DNA of 63,902 bases from Octopus bimaculoides (taxonomy: Eukaryota), in assembly GCF_001194135.2 (NCBI RefSeq), contig NC_068984.1:126781517-126845418 (forward strand). Direction: 5' to 3'. The stretch's first letter is position 1. Every line of letters begins with the position of its first letter. Both the position numbers and the translations under genes were made by a program. Below the pieces are notes generated by a model. The model made no database searches. It saw only the letters and a program-made list of their open reading frames with translations, and was not told the DNA's origin. Shown here piece by piece: positions 11,919 through 24,445 of the stretch.

Positions 11919-13211
11919 TAATATTTATAAATACGTCTTTCTTTCGCATTTACTCATGTTTGATGTTCTTTATCTGTTTGCACCAGCACGAATGCATGCA
12001 CTCATAAACATACACACAACAGATACTCGCAACTAGTCATATCTCATCTATTTGTGTTTATTTCATCTTTCTTCTCTTTTCGTACATCTTTGACTTTCTC
12101 GTTCCATATTTTTCTGCGTCGTTCGTTGCCTCTCTCTCTCTTCTCTTATATAATGTATTCTCTGACCTCCACCCCATTATAGGATAACATTACTGAAACA
12201 ATACCACGTGCTCGGAGTATAAGAGGAACTCTTGTACGATCATGCAATCTGTTAGAAATAGCAGCCAGATTTCACTCAAATCACGCTTTATCAATTTAAA
12301 AACAAGAAGGAACACGACGGATGATGTAGTTCAGAATACATTGCCGGCAAAAAAAAAAAAATAAATAAAAATTAAAAAATCCGGAAAGGCACAGATGAAA
12401 TACTTTGTTTCATCGGGGTCGATTTGGGATTCAACAACACTACGTTAGACTAAGTTACAATGGCGTGTCTACGCTGTCGCTCGACATGTTAGAAATAGTA
12501 ACCAATCTTCCTTAAGCTAATACATTACCATCTTTAAAAGAAGAACAGATGAAATGGTCACAACTAGTATATCCGTAGTACACCACTCTATATACTATCT
12601 TTACTATTCGAGCAATGACTCTACTAGTTAACTTGAGCTGAAAAAAAGACAAAGAAAAAATACTGAAATATCTTTTAAATCACACCCTGCCATCTTAAAA
12701 AGAAGACACATTCTATAAAGTAGTCTTAGATACTAATATGACCCTACTGCTTTCTAAATCTAATGAATTTTAATCAGAATTTCAGAGGTTGTCTCCCTTT
12801 TATTTTTGACTAGAATTAATCATTTAGATTTTGATTGTTCTCATCAGTTGGGTGTCAATTTTAAAACTAACATTCGAATTCCTATATCTCATGGGAAAGG
12901 GTACGGAAATAAGAAGCTAAATGTAAAAAATTTAAATATTTGGAAAAAGTTTTTTTCCCCTTCATAATCGTATCTTCCGTTGTTTGAAATGTAAGAATAC
13001 TGAAAAATAAAGGAAAAAAATATCTTTTCTTTTTTCATGAGGGCTGGCATTTCAATTCATGGTATACTACGTAAATAATGCTTGCAGACTTTAATATTAA
13101 GTTAGCATGTTACTAGAGTCCCTGGAAATTTCTCCTAGTCATTCTCTCTAACTTCTAACGTCGCTGTTTTGTCCACAAAAATTATAATTTTCAATTCAAG
13201 TTATATCTGCA

Positions 13212-13261
13212 ATAGCATTTACTGATGAGGCTTCATAGTGTTGAAACATGTCTGGAGTTGT
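13212..13261 (+). ncRNA. Decayed minimal (type I, Penelope-like) hammerhead ribozyme motif
   Basis: Core CTGATGA (13222-28), stem II GGC...GTT, GAAA (13243-46), palindromic stem III ACATGT, and cleavage triplet GTC (13250-52). Stem I pairs ATTTA with TGGAG using G.U pairs. Confidence 0.5.
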
Positions 13262-13725
13262 CACCGACTGCTGAAGATTAAGCTCGCTACCCACTGCATT
13301 CAATATTTAATAAGCGATCCTCGACGTAACAACTTCAGTTTCACAGTAAAGCAATTTTGTTGTAGTTTCATGATATAAACCTACTATCAGAGCCATCATT
13401 TTTTTTGTTACTCTTCATAAACGGCCTTGTTTATTTGCTTTCACTTTTTGTCACAAGAGGGCTGTTTTTTTTTTTGGTGGTTGTGGCAGGGGCTGCAATT
13501 AAGATGCTCATTGTTGTTTATAAACAAAATCAAGAAAAAAATGAACAAAAGTAAAAAAATTTTGATAAATCGGAAATAATAAAGAGATCAATTGTAAACG
13601 TAATATTCGTCCATCTTTGAGTTCAACCAATTCCAAAAACTTCTATTATATCGAAAAAAACAAACAAAAAATGCACTAACTAAACAAAAAAAAAACAAGA
13701 ATTCATGAGAAACTAAGAAATATAA

Positions 13726-13847
13726 GGTGAAGGTAAAGAATACGCACACCACCCGTTTTCGGCGTAACAAAAACCCTAACCTTAAACCTCAAACCTAACT
13801 CTAACCCTAAACCCTAACCACCGGGTACGCGTATTCTTTGCTTCGCC
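13726..13847. repeat. Hairpin element enclosing degenerate telomere-like repeats, copy 2
   Basis: Arms GGTGAAGGTAAAGAATACGCACACC and GGTACGCGTATTCTTTGCTTCGCC. The loop contains CCCTAA, CCTTAAA, CTCTAA, CCCTAAA and CCCTAA units at 13774-13819. Confidence 0.75.
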
Positions 13848-14895
13848 GAAATATGATACAAAATTTGAAACAACTCTCAACAGCATCATTATTTTAGATT
13901 ATGATGGAGTCTCATAAAATAATCAAAAAGTGAATGCGAACAAATGAGCTACAGTAATCACTCGACTATCGCAGGTGTTACGTTCCAAAAACCAACTCGA
14001 TACTGTACTGTATATTTAAAAAATTATTTTTATAATTTGTATATATTTATTTTATTATAAATGTAAAACAACACCACGGAGGAATCGACGTAAGCTTAAA
14101 TAATAAACAGCAATATGGCGAGGGGTTATTGCATTTGATAAAAGTAAAACAAAAAAGAATAATATTCAGGTTCTCATAAAAAGAAATGCATATATCATGA
14201 TAGTGAAACTGATGTTAACTCCATAATCACCGTTAATTTTAATTAATTAAAATTTCCAGGGGTTGCCTCCCCTACTTTTTTTTTTCCTTTTTACCTGACT
14301 TAGATAATCCTAATGCTCGTCTATAATAAAATAATTATTTAACAATCTTATAATTTTGATAGCCTAAAATATTTCGGCCGACTACATTAAGTATTCTTTC
14401 TAGTCCGCACTATTAGATACTGAATCTAAGGAAGTTGACCTTAGGTGGAACAACAACAGGAAACAGCCTTCATATATAGAGGTCAAATTCAGAAATATAC
14501 AAAATAGACATTCACCTACACCAAATATCATCATCATCGTCGTCGTTATCATCATCATCATCATTTAACAGCTGTTGTCCATGCTGGCATGGGTTGGATG
14601 GTTTGACCAGGGCTGTACAGATTCTAGTCTGATTTGGCATGGTTCCTACGGCTGAATGCCTTTCCTAACACCAACCACTCCGAGAGTGTAATGGCTACTT
14701 TTATGTGCCACTGGCACGGGTGTCAGTTGTGTGACACCGGTATCTGCCATGCTTTGAAGAAACACCTCCTGTATTGCTGCTTGTCACCTTCTCCTTGAGC
14801 CACTTCTATCCCTCTCACCTCCTCCCTTACATACTGATATTTACCATCAAACACTCCTTTACCTTTTTTTCATCACTCACTACATCCATCTCTGT

Positions 14896-15248
14896 GGAGG
14901 TGCAATAGCCCAGTGGTTAGGGCAGTGGACTCGTGGTCATAGGATCGTGGTTTCGATTCCCAGACCGGGCGTTGTGAGTGTTTATTGAGCGAAAACACCT
15001 AAAAGCTCCACGAGGCTCCGGCAGGGGATGGTGGCGAACCCTGCTGTACTCTTTCACCACAACTTTCTCTCACCCTTTCTTCCTGTTTCTGTTGTACCTG
15101 TGTTTCAAAGGGGCCAGCCTTGTCACACTGTGTCACGCTGAATATCCCCGAGAACTACGTTAAGTGTCTGTAGAGTGCTTGGCCACTTGCTGTTCCGTTG
15201 ATCGGATCAACTGGAACCCTCGTCATCGTAAGCGACAGAGTGCCAACA
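14896..15248 (+). mobile_element. tRNA-derived SINE, family B (internally deleted copy)
   Basis: A-box TAGCCCAGTGG and B-box GGTTTCGATTCC. Closely similar to the longer copy at 18651-19036. Confidence 0.85.
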
Positions 15249-15633
15249 TCATCCACCTTTAATTCAATCTCTAACCACCTGTCACTCTCCTCACACTCTT
15301 AAGAAGTTACCTATCCTTTAGGAAATTACCCTTTTCTTCCTTTCTTATTCACAGTCTATATCAGTGGTTCTCAACTGTTTTTGCTTATAGACCCCTTTGA
15401 TTCCTATCTTACTTGGATAGACCCCCATAAAAAGGTAAACTTATCTTCTTGGTTTCATGGCATATATATCCCCCACCTGGACAGGACACCATCCTTTTTG
15501 CCAGCTAAGTGGACTGGAGCAATGTGAAATGAAGCTCTTTCTGCCACCAACCTTCACCTGTTTCTAAGCAAACTAATATTTCCTTGTCATTCACAGGAGA
15601 TTAGAAACAACCATTAAAAGATGTCAAGACAAG

Positions 15634-15668
<35 letters not shown>

Positions 15669-16153
15669 ATTAAAGGCTTCTTTCAAGTTCCATTCATCAA
15701 ATCCACTCTCAAGGCTTTGGTAGGTCCAGAGCTATAGTAGAAGACACTCGCCCAAGATGCCATGCAGTGGGATTGAAACTGAAACCACATGGTTAGGAAA
15801 GACTTTTAAAATGCTGATGGTGTACTGTAACACTTTTAACATCTAATTTGGTGTGTTGTGGATTGAAAAGTATTAAATGTTGCTAAAATAGGTTAAAGAA
15901 TGACAAGTATGGAGTGAAAATATAAAAGGAAAGATAAGATCTACCTCCATTAACTTTTCTTTATCTTATCAGTTTTAGCATAAAACAATTTAAAATTCTC
16001 CTTGAGAAGTAGACAGTTGCCTATCTAGGTCTTCTTTATAGTATTTGACACCAAGAGGTAGGTTTGTTAACTAGCATTACCATCATTCTCCTCAGAGAGG
16101 AGTTAGTGAAGTGGACTCTGTACCAGTGATTCTCAACTGGGTCCCATATAATA

Positions 16154-17378
16154 CGAGGTGGTATCGAAAAGTCCCTGGTCTTGTTATGTTTAATAAAAAA
16201 GAACTTATTTATCTGAGTTTTATAACATCGTCTCCCTCAAAATAGTCACCCTGTACTGCAATACACTGGTTTTGGAGTTCTTACCACTTTTGGAATCCGG
16301 CCTGGAAGTTGTTTTCCATGAGTTGAGGACCTTCTGCGATTTGCTCTGGATCTCGACGACTGTGTTAATAAAAGCAACCTTTTGAGCTGCGTTTTCATCT
16401 TGGAGAAGAAATGGAAGTTCACAGGTGCTAAATCTGGTGAATAAAGTGGAATGGAAGCAATACTATGTTTTTGGTGAGTGGCATGTAAAAAGACATTCGA
16501 GCGAGATTGTTGATAGTGCCGATGGACTGGCTCCTGTGCAGGTGGCACGTAAAACACACCATTTCGAGCGTGGCCATCACCAGTACCGCCTGACTGGCCC
16601 TCGTGCTGGTGGCACGTAAAAGCACCTACTACACTCTCGGAGTGGTTGGTGTTAGGAAGGGTATCCAGCTGTAGAAACTCTGCCAAATCAGATTGGAGCC
16701 TGGTGTCGCCTCCTGGTCCACCAGTCCTCAGTCAAATCGTCCAACCCATGCTAGCATGGAATGCGGACGTTAAACGATGATGATGATGATGATGAAACTC
16801 ATGAATGAGGAAAGCTCAGTGACAGGGTACATTGTTGTTGTGAAGAATCCAATTCTTTGCGCACCACAGATCTGGTTGCTTTTGCCAAATGTCCTCCCTC
16901 AAATGCTTCAAAATGTCACAGTAGTATTCTTTATTGATGGGCTGGCCCTGGGGACCAAATTCTCAATACCACATTTCTGGGGATGACACTTGTGGAAGGT
17001 CTGCCAGATTGCTTATCATTTCCTAGGGATGTTGTTCCACTTTTGAAGTGCCTGCACCACTGGAAACATTGCATATGACACATTGCCTTGTTGCTGTTAG
17101 CTTGCCAAAGCATGCTGAATGTCTTTGTAGCAGACTTTCCAAGTTTAACTCAAAATATCACAATGGCTTTTTGTTCCTGTCCATAACAAAATCACAGACT
17201 ACAGCATACATGCAATCACAAAAACACAAGTTTCACAACTTGCAAAGTAAGCACAGCAATGTCACTCAGCACACTGCCTCATAAAGGTCACTGCTAGCTC
17301 TCACTGCACACACAACCATATGCTACCATCTGTTGGTGTGCTACAGAAGTAGTCCGGGAACTTTCTGATACCACCTCG
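16154..17378 (-). mobile_element. Internally deleted mariner transposon, interrupted by an RTE 3' end
   Basis: 25-bp TIRs CGAGGTGGTATCGAAAAGTCCCTGG and CGAGGTGGTATCAGAAAGTTCCCGG (21/25), with TA flanks at 16152-53 and 17379-80. Minus-strand remnants: CFQWCRHFKSG..SLGNDKQSGRPSTS, EYYCDILKHLREDIWQKQPDLW..KNWILHNNN, LYSPDLAPVNFHFF. Confidence 0.9.
16470..16795 (+). mobile_element. 5'-truncated LINE 3' end (probably RTE) with (GAT)n tail, representative copy
   Basis: Ends CCAACCCATGCTAGCATGGAA..GACGTTAAACGATGATGATG and has internal GTGGCACGTAAAA repeats. Other copies: + at about 20270-20700 and 43460-43800; - at about 14540-14760, 21205-21600, 28330-28660, 38050-38300, 41355-41720 and 49430-49650. 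Confidence 0.75.
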
Positions 17379-18190
17379 TAGTTTTGGGGTCCACACAAGC
17401 AAAATAGTACATTGGGTCCACAGCAGTATTCTATGGGTCCATGAAAGAATTTTGCTTTAGATGTTTTTATCGCAAGAAACCAAGTTGGGGGCTATAGTGG
17501 AAGAAATAAAATAGTGTTGCATAATGGAATTGAACCTAAAACAATGTGGTTCAGAAGCAAACATCTTAACCACACATGCACTTAATGTAATAATATATTT
17601 TCTGTCCAAATATTTGGGGTCAGAAAATAATATTCTTCTTTGTGTAGGATTTAGTCAATACCATTGACTCCAGTACTTGACTAGTACTTTATTTTATTGG
17701 CCCAAAGAAATAAAAAGTGAAGTGGACCTCTGTAGGATTTGAACTCAGAATATAAAGAACCAAAACAAACGCTACAAGGCATGTTTTCAACAGTCTGTTG
17801 ACTCTGTCATCCACCATTTTGTCTTACAAACACAAGGGCACACACACACACACATGCGTACACACATACACTCATAGATATGCGTGCACACACATAAGCA
17901 TGCACACAGACACACAATAACTCATTTGCACACACCGACACACATGCACACACACACACACAAGCATAACAAGCTTCTTTCAGTTTCCGTCTCAAATCCA
18001 ACCTATAAGGCTTTGGTCTGCTCATGGTTGTAGTAGAAAGACATTTATCTAAGGTGCCATGCAGTGGGACTGAACCAGGAATCATGTGGCTGGAAAGCAA
18101 ACATCTTATCACACAGCCATGCCTGCACATGAAAATATATTTTTAATCTCATTTCAACGATTTTGTTTCTTGTTATTTTATCGTTTCCAG

Positions 18191-18568
18191 AATCTGCGAA
18201 AGACTTATCTTTATGACTACCATGTCGAGAAGGGTGGCAGGATGGTACCATTTGGTGGCTGGTCAATGCCTGTTCAATATAAAGATGGTATTCGGGACTC
18301 TCACCATCATGTACGAAACCATGTTGGTATATTTGATGTTTCCCATATGATGCAGACCAAAATCCATGGTAAAGATCGTGTGGCATTCATGGAAAGCCTC
18401 ACCCTTGCTAATGTGAAGATCTTGAAACCTGGAGTTGGTTGCTTAACAGTGTTTACTAATGAGAAAGGAGGAATTAACGATGATTTGATTGTCACAAACA
18501 CCAGCGAAGGATATCTTTATGTTGTGTCAAATGCTGCATGTGATCATAAAGATTTTGCTAACATGGAG
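18191..18568 (+). CDS. AMT: AMT coding exon 2
   Basis: tttccag|AAT CTG...ATG GAG|gtaaga; 378 nt, phase 0/0. Contains [35 protein letters not shown] and LYVVSNA, all GcvT family motifs. Confidence 0.97.
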
Positions 18569-18650
18569 GTAAGATTTTGATCTTGTTTAACTCTAGGCCA
18601 ACCCTAATTAAGTAGATCTATGATTAAAGGACTATGTGCTAATCATTAGT

Positions 18651-19036
18651 GGAGGCGCAATGGCCCAGTGGTTAGAGCAGTGGACTTGTGGTCATAGGAT
18701 CGCGGTTTGGATTCCCAGACCGGGCGTTGTGAGTGTTTATTGAGCGAAAACACCTAAAGCTCCATGAGGCTCTGGCAGGGGATGGTGGCGAACCCTGCTG
18801 TACTCTTTCACCACAACTTTCTCTCACTCTTACTTCCTGTTACTGTTGTGCCTGTGTTTCAAAGGGCCAGCCTTGTCACACTGTGTCACGCTGAATATTC
18901 CCGAGAACTACGTTAAGGGTACACATGTCTGTGGAGTGCTCAGCCACTTGCATGTTAATTTCACGAGCAGGCTGTTCCGTTGATCGGATCAACTGGAACC
19001 CTCGATGTCGTAAGTGAAGGAGTGCCAACAACAACA
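18651..19036 (+). mobile_element. tRNA-derived SINE, family B (fuller copy)
   Basis: Runs GGAGGCGCAATGGCCCAGTGGTTAG...GGATTCCCAGACCGGGC...GGAGTGCCAACAACAAC; lies 82 nt downstream of the AMT exon 2 donor. Confidence 0.85.
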
Positions 19037-20872
19037 AGCTAATGGTTAGGATATCCGGCTAATGATTGCGAGGTCTTGAATTCAATTGCTGGTGCTGCAT
19101 CGTGTCCTTGAGCAAGTTACTTTATGTTACATTGCTTCAGTCCACTCAGCTGGCAAAAATGAGTTGTATCTGTAATACAAAGAGCCAGCCTCGTCACATT
19201 CTGTGTCACACTGAATCTTCTTGAGAACTACATTAAGAATATGCATGTCACTGGAATTCTCAGCCACTTGCACTTAATCTTCACAAGCAGGTTGTTCCAT
19301 TGAATGGATTAACTTGAACACTGATGGTAGTAACCAATGGAGTGCCAGTGAGATAATTAAAGGCACTCCAGCTATGACCACCTTTTTAAAATTGTGTAGG
19401 ATGTGATTAACATGTTCTTTCTTCACTTTAGACTGTAGAGTGTGATTTGAAGGAGATTTGGCTATTATTTCTAGCAGGTTGAGCAACCATATACAAGACA
19501 CCCTTGTTTGTTTAAAGTGATGCTTTGTTAACATAGAGGAGGTAAGCCAGCAAATATAAAAGTATCACTAGAAAAGTATTATGATAACCATTGCTATACC
19601 ATCACCACAACATCACCAGCTCACCACCAGCTCACCACCACCGACAATAACTACAGTAGTGAGCCAACAAGACAAACTCTGGATAGTTGCCTGATCTGTT
19701 AAAAATAGCAGTGAAATCTCCCACAAATCACACTCCTACCACCTTGAAAGTAGTACATATTGAACAGTGATGCCCTAGGTATACAAATGACAGGTTGGTC
19801 ATAACTGAAATGTCTTTGGTTATAGGTTTGCTTGATCAGGGCTGATTTGGGGATAGACAACAGCAGCAACAAAGACAACAGTAACTCTATTAGCGACAAC
19901 AATAGCAATATCCATACCAATGGGGAAGACTCTATATTACTTGTTCTCAACTGGGGTCCCTATAAGATTTTGTCAATAAAATTTATGTGCAATAAATTGA
20001 CTATAGTTCTATAATACACAAAATAGTTAAACAATTTTTTTTAATACAATTCCTAATAATATTTAATTATAATGGAATTTTTTTAAACATTGAATGGCTA
20101 TGAGAGTCCATCTGAATGAAATAGGAATGAAATGGGTCTATATGTACAAGATGGTTGAGAATCACTGCTCTACATGGTCATTTGATTTGCTAGAAAAAAG
20201 CAGTTAGATTTCCCCTAAATCATTACCCTTCAGTTTTAAAAACTTCATTGGATAATGTAGTATTAAATACCACCGTCTGAGCGTGATCATTGCCAGAGCA
20301 CCAGCTGTCTGGCTTCCGTGCTGGTGGCATGTCAATAGCGCCATTTGAGCATGATCGTTACCAACATCGCCTCCTGGCACTTGTGCCGGTGGCACATGTA
20401 AAGACATTCGAGCAAGATCGTTACCAGCGATGCTCGACTGGCTCCTGTGCAGGTGGCATGTAAAATACACCATTTTGAGCGTGGCCATTGCCAGTACCGC
20501 CTGACTGGCCTTCGTGCCGGTGGCATGTAAAAGCACCCACTACACTCTCTGAGTGGTTGGCGTTAGGAAGGGCATCCAGCTGTAGAAACTCTGCCAAATC
20601 AGATTGGAGCCCGGTGTAGCCATCTGGTTCACCAGTCCTCAGTCAAATTGTCCAACCCATGCTAGCATGGAAAGCAGACGTTAAACAATGATGATGATGA
20701 TATCTGAAAAAAAAATAGACAGTTATGGCTAGAATGCTTTTGATCTTAGGATAGCTCTTTTAGGAGTGACTTGGAGCTCATTCCACATCAACCATAGCAA
20801 TACCAGCAACAACATTAACATCACCACTACCACCATTACCATCAAATTACACAAAATTTTATTCAATTTCAG

Positions 20873-20951
20873 AAAAAATGTGCTGAGTTCCATAGCAAAG
20901 GTCTTGATGTCACCCTTGAACGACTTACTGACTCATTGATTGCTGTACAAG
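20873..20951 (+). CDS. AMT: AMT coding exon 3
   Basis: aatttcag|AAA AAA TGT...GTA CAA G|gtaagt; 79 nt, phase 0/1. Encodes KKCAEFHSKGLDVTLERLTDSLIAVQ-G, matching the conserved L.ALQG motif. Confidence 0.93.
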
Positions 20952-21858
20952 GTAAGTTAAGTCCACCTTGGTATATGAGCCTTTTGTACTAATCCCTTTG
21001 CATCTTATGTTAATATATGCTTTTTGGCACAGAGAAGCTCTTTGTTATTGATACAAGCAACAATCTTTCAAACTGATTTCACCTGTTCCTATACAAAAGT
21101 ATGAAGGAACTCATTGGGTAAATCTAATATTTTTTATGCAGTTTGTAAGCTTTTATTGCTCATAATTTTACTGATTCTACCCGAACACTGGGGTATCACC
21201 ATCATCATCATTTAGTGTCTGCTTTCCATGCTAGTATGGGTTAGACGGTTTGACTGAAACTAGTAAGCTGTAGGGCTACACCAGGTTCCAATATGATTTG
21301 GCATGGTTTCTATGGCTGGATGCCCTTCCTAATGTTAACCACTCCAAGAGTGTAATGGATGCTAGTTATGTGACACCAGCGTTGGCCATGACTACGGTTT
21401 CACTTGACTTGACGGGTCTTCTCAAGCATGGCATATCACCAAACGTCTCAGTCATTTATCATTGCCTCTGTGAGGCTCATTGTTTGAAGAGTGCTTTTTA
21501 CATGCCACTGGCATGGTGACCAGTTACGTAACACCAGCATCAGCCATGACTTCAATTTCACTTGGCTTGATGGGTCTTCTCAAGGATGGCATATTACCAA
21601 TAATATTTATTGTAACATGTGATTTTTTTGCAAACAACTTACAGATACAAGTGCTACCAGTTGAAAGCTCCACATACTGGGTGCTAGCAAGTTTATAGGA
21701 TCATCAGGGGAGAATGCATGCCGTTTCAGGGCCTTCCTCTCCAAACATATTATTAAATCAAATTTCTAAATTTTTCTTTTGAGTGTGTGTCATGCCATTT
21801 TCAATATTTGTAGATGCTTCTGACCTGTTTGTTTTATATATTTCTATTCCATCTATAG

Positions 21859-22004
21859 GTCCTTCAGCTGCAAAGGTGTTACAGCCAGGTTTGACTTTTG
21901 AGCTTGCAGATCTGCCATTCATGCGAAGTATCTTGACCTCAGTATTTGACATCCCTAATTGCCGAGTCACCAGGTGTGGCTACACAGGTGAAGATGGTGT
22001 TGAG
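21859..22004 (+). CDS. AMT: AMT coding exon 4
   Basis: atctatag|GT CCT TCA...GTT GAG|gtaatt; 146 nt, phase 1/0. Encodes GPSAAKVLQ...LPFM...[15 protein letters not shown]. Confidence 0.97.
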
Positions 22005-23869
22005 GTAATTTTTATTTTTATCCTGTCACTTTTTATTGTTGTTTGCTACTGAATATTTATGTTACTGCAAGCCTCATACAGAATATTGACTCACCTCAGT
22101 GTATCAAGATGGGGTGGGGTCACAAACAGCCCTTCCCCCTGCCTTTACAATGTGATACCCAGATATCCAAATTGCTGCATTGTATTCTACATATTACCCC
22201 AACATTGCCCCTATATGCTACTTTGACATGTTACTCTTATATGTTATCTTCCACACCTCATCCTACATTGTTTCCCACTTGTTGCTCTGTTGCTCCAGGT
22301 TTGCCCGAATGAGCTGACCCGTGGTCAGAAGCTTTGCTACCATAACTATTCTATCATTTTGACAAACTGTATCCAGTTTTATGATGATAAAGTGTGAGTT
22401 GTGGATGATCTAGTTGCTATTTCTAGCAGCTTCAGTGACCATGTAGATGTCCTCCCAATGGCTCATCTACCTCATTTGTTATCTATATGTGTAACTCCAC
22501 ACATGTTGCCTATATCAATAGCATGGAAGGCCTTTTCAGACTGGTGGGGGTCAATATAGAAGATGTTCAGCTTGAACTTTTGCAGGTTGAAGCCTGCAAA
22601 CAGAGGATATGTGAAGAGAGTGAGTGAGTGAGAGAGAGGAACAGCGAGAGAGAGAGAGTGTGACAGAGAGAGAGAGAGAGTTCCAGAAAGTTGCAATCTT
22701 AAAGCAGGAGAAATGAGTGAAGTGTTGAATACAGGGTTTTGAGAGATGGACGAGACAATGTAAAGACAGCAAGAAGCTAAGTCGGTGCATTGCTTGGAGA
22801 GTGTTTGTATATAGCTTACTAGTTAAGAAGAGGTAGTATTATTACATGAGTGGCAGAAGAGATACCACCACCACCACCACCACTACCACCACCACAATCA
22901 TCATCATTATTATTTTATTAATTGCTGGCTCTAAATTCTATAGAAAATCTGTAAATATTGTTCTGTTCTCCACTTTTCCATGCTCACATGGGTCAAAAGG
23001 AATTTGTCAAGGTAGATCTTATATGGCCATATGCCCTTCCTGTTGCTAATCCTCACCTGTTTCTAAGTAAGGTAATATTCAACCATGACAAGACATGTTT
23101 CCATGGAAGATTGGAAACAAAAGAACATTGTTTACATGATAGTCATACTCACTAATATCTGTCACACAACATTAAGGCAAAGAGACAGTCACACACGGAC
23201 ACAGACACACACAAATACATGTATTATGGGCTTCTTTAAAGATAAAGATAGAATGAGGCATCTCACCCTTGACTGAAACAGCTGTAAGACATTATCCCAT
23301 TTTCTGTCACTATGTGTCATTTTTTAATTACTGATATGACATATGTCACATGTGTTTGTATATTGTTATTATTATCCTTTTAGTAAACAAATAAACAAGT
23401 AAATTGACACAATACAATGTCTGCAAGTTGATGAATACCACCTTCTCCCCTTCATTTTCTTATTGCTATATATATATATATATATATNNNNNNNNNNNNN
23501 NNNNNNNNNNNNNNNNNNNNNNNNNNNNNNNNNNNNNNNNNNNNNNNNNNNNNNNNNNNNNNNNNNNNNNNNNNNNNNNNNNNNNNNNNNNNNNNNNNNN
23601 NNNNNNNNNNNNNNNNNNNNNNNNNNNNNNNNNNNNNNNNNNNNNNNNNNNNNNNNNNNNNNNNNNNNNNNNNNNNNNNNNNNNNNNNNNNNNNNNNNNN
23701 NNNNNNNNNNNNNNNNNNNNNNNNNNNNNNNNNNNNNNNNNNNNNNNNNNNNNNNNNNNNNNNNNNNNNNNNNNNNNNNNNNNNNNNNNNNNNNNNNNNN
23801 NNNNNNNNNNNNNNNNNNNNNNNNNNNNNNNNNNNNNNNNNNNNNNNNNNNNNNNNNNNNNNNNNNATA

Positions 23870-23906
<37 letters not shown>

Positions 23907-24183
23907 TTCTCTTTGCACTCTTGTCTCTCTCCTTCATTCCATACAGGCTATCTTCAGTAGATTCTAATCAATGTAGCACTGATTCAAGTAATACACAAGT
24001 ACATAAACCTAGTGCATGCACACATACACATTTACATAATAGATTAAAAAAACCAGAAATACAAATATTTGAACCAAACAGGAAACCATGCATATTATAT
24101 TGTTGCGTTCTGTAATTACCAGAATGACTTAACAATGGTTTGAACCCAGTAAAAAGCTTGCTTTATAACTTCTATATTTTTAG

Positions 24184-24370
24184 ATCTCTGTGACCTGTGA
24201 AAAAGTTATAGAACTGCTGGAAAACCTACTCAATTCAAACGTTGATGAAGTCAGACTCGCTGGCTTGGGTGCTCGTGATACTCTCCGCCTAGAGGCTGGA
24301 CTTTGTCTCTATGGCAATGACATGGATGAAACTACAACTCCAATTGAAGCATCTCTAGGTTGGTTGTTAG
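24184..24370 (+). CDS. AMT: AMT coding exon 5
   Basis: ttttag|ATC TCT GTG...TTG TTA G|gtaagt; 187 nt, phase 0/1. Encodes ISVTC...[39 protein letters not shown]. Confidence 0.97.
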
Positions 24371-24400
24371 GTAAGTCCACTTGTATTTTAATATAATAAA

Positions 24401-24445
<45 letters not shown>

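Noticed and set aside
13222-13274. Box C/D snoRNA reading (TGATGA...CTGA)
   Set aside because: Only about 52 nt, with no good terminal stem or recognisable guide. The hammerhead reading explains more positions.
14896-19036. SINE heads as tRNA genes
   Set aside because: They have A/B boxes but no complete cloverleaf, and they continue into long repeat bodies.
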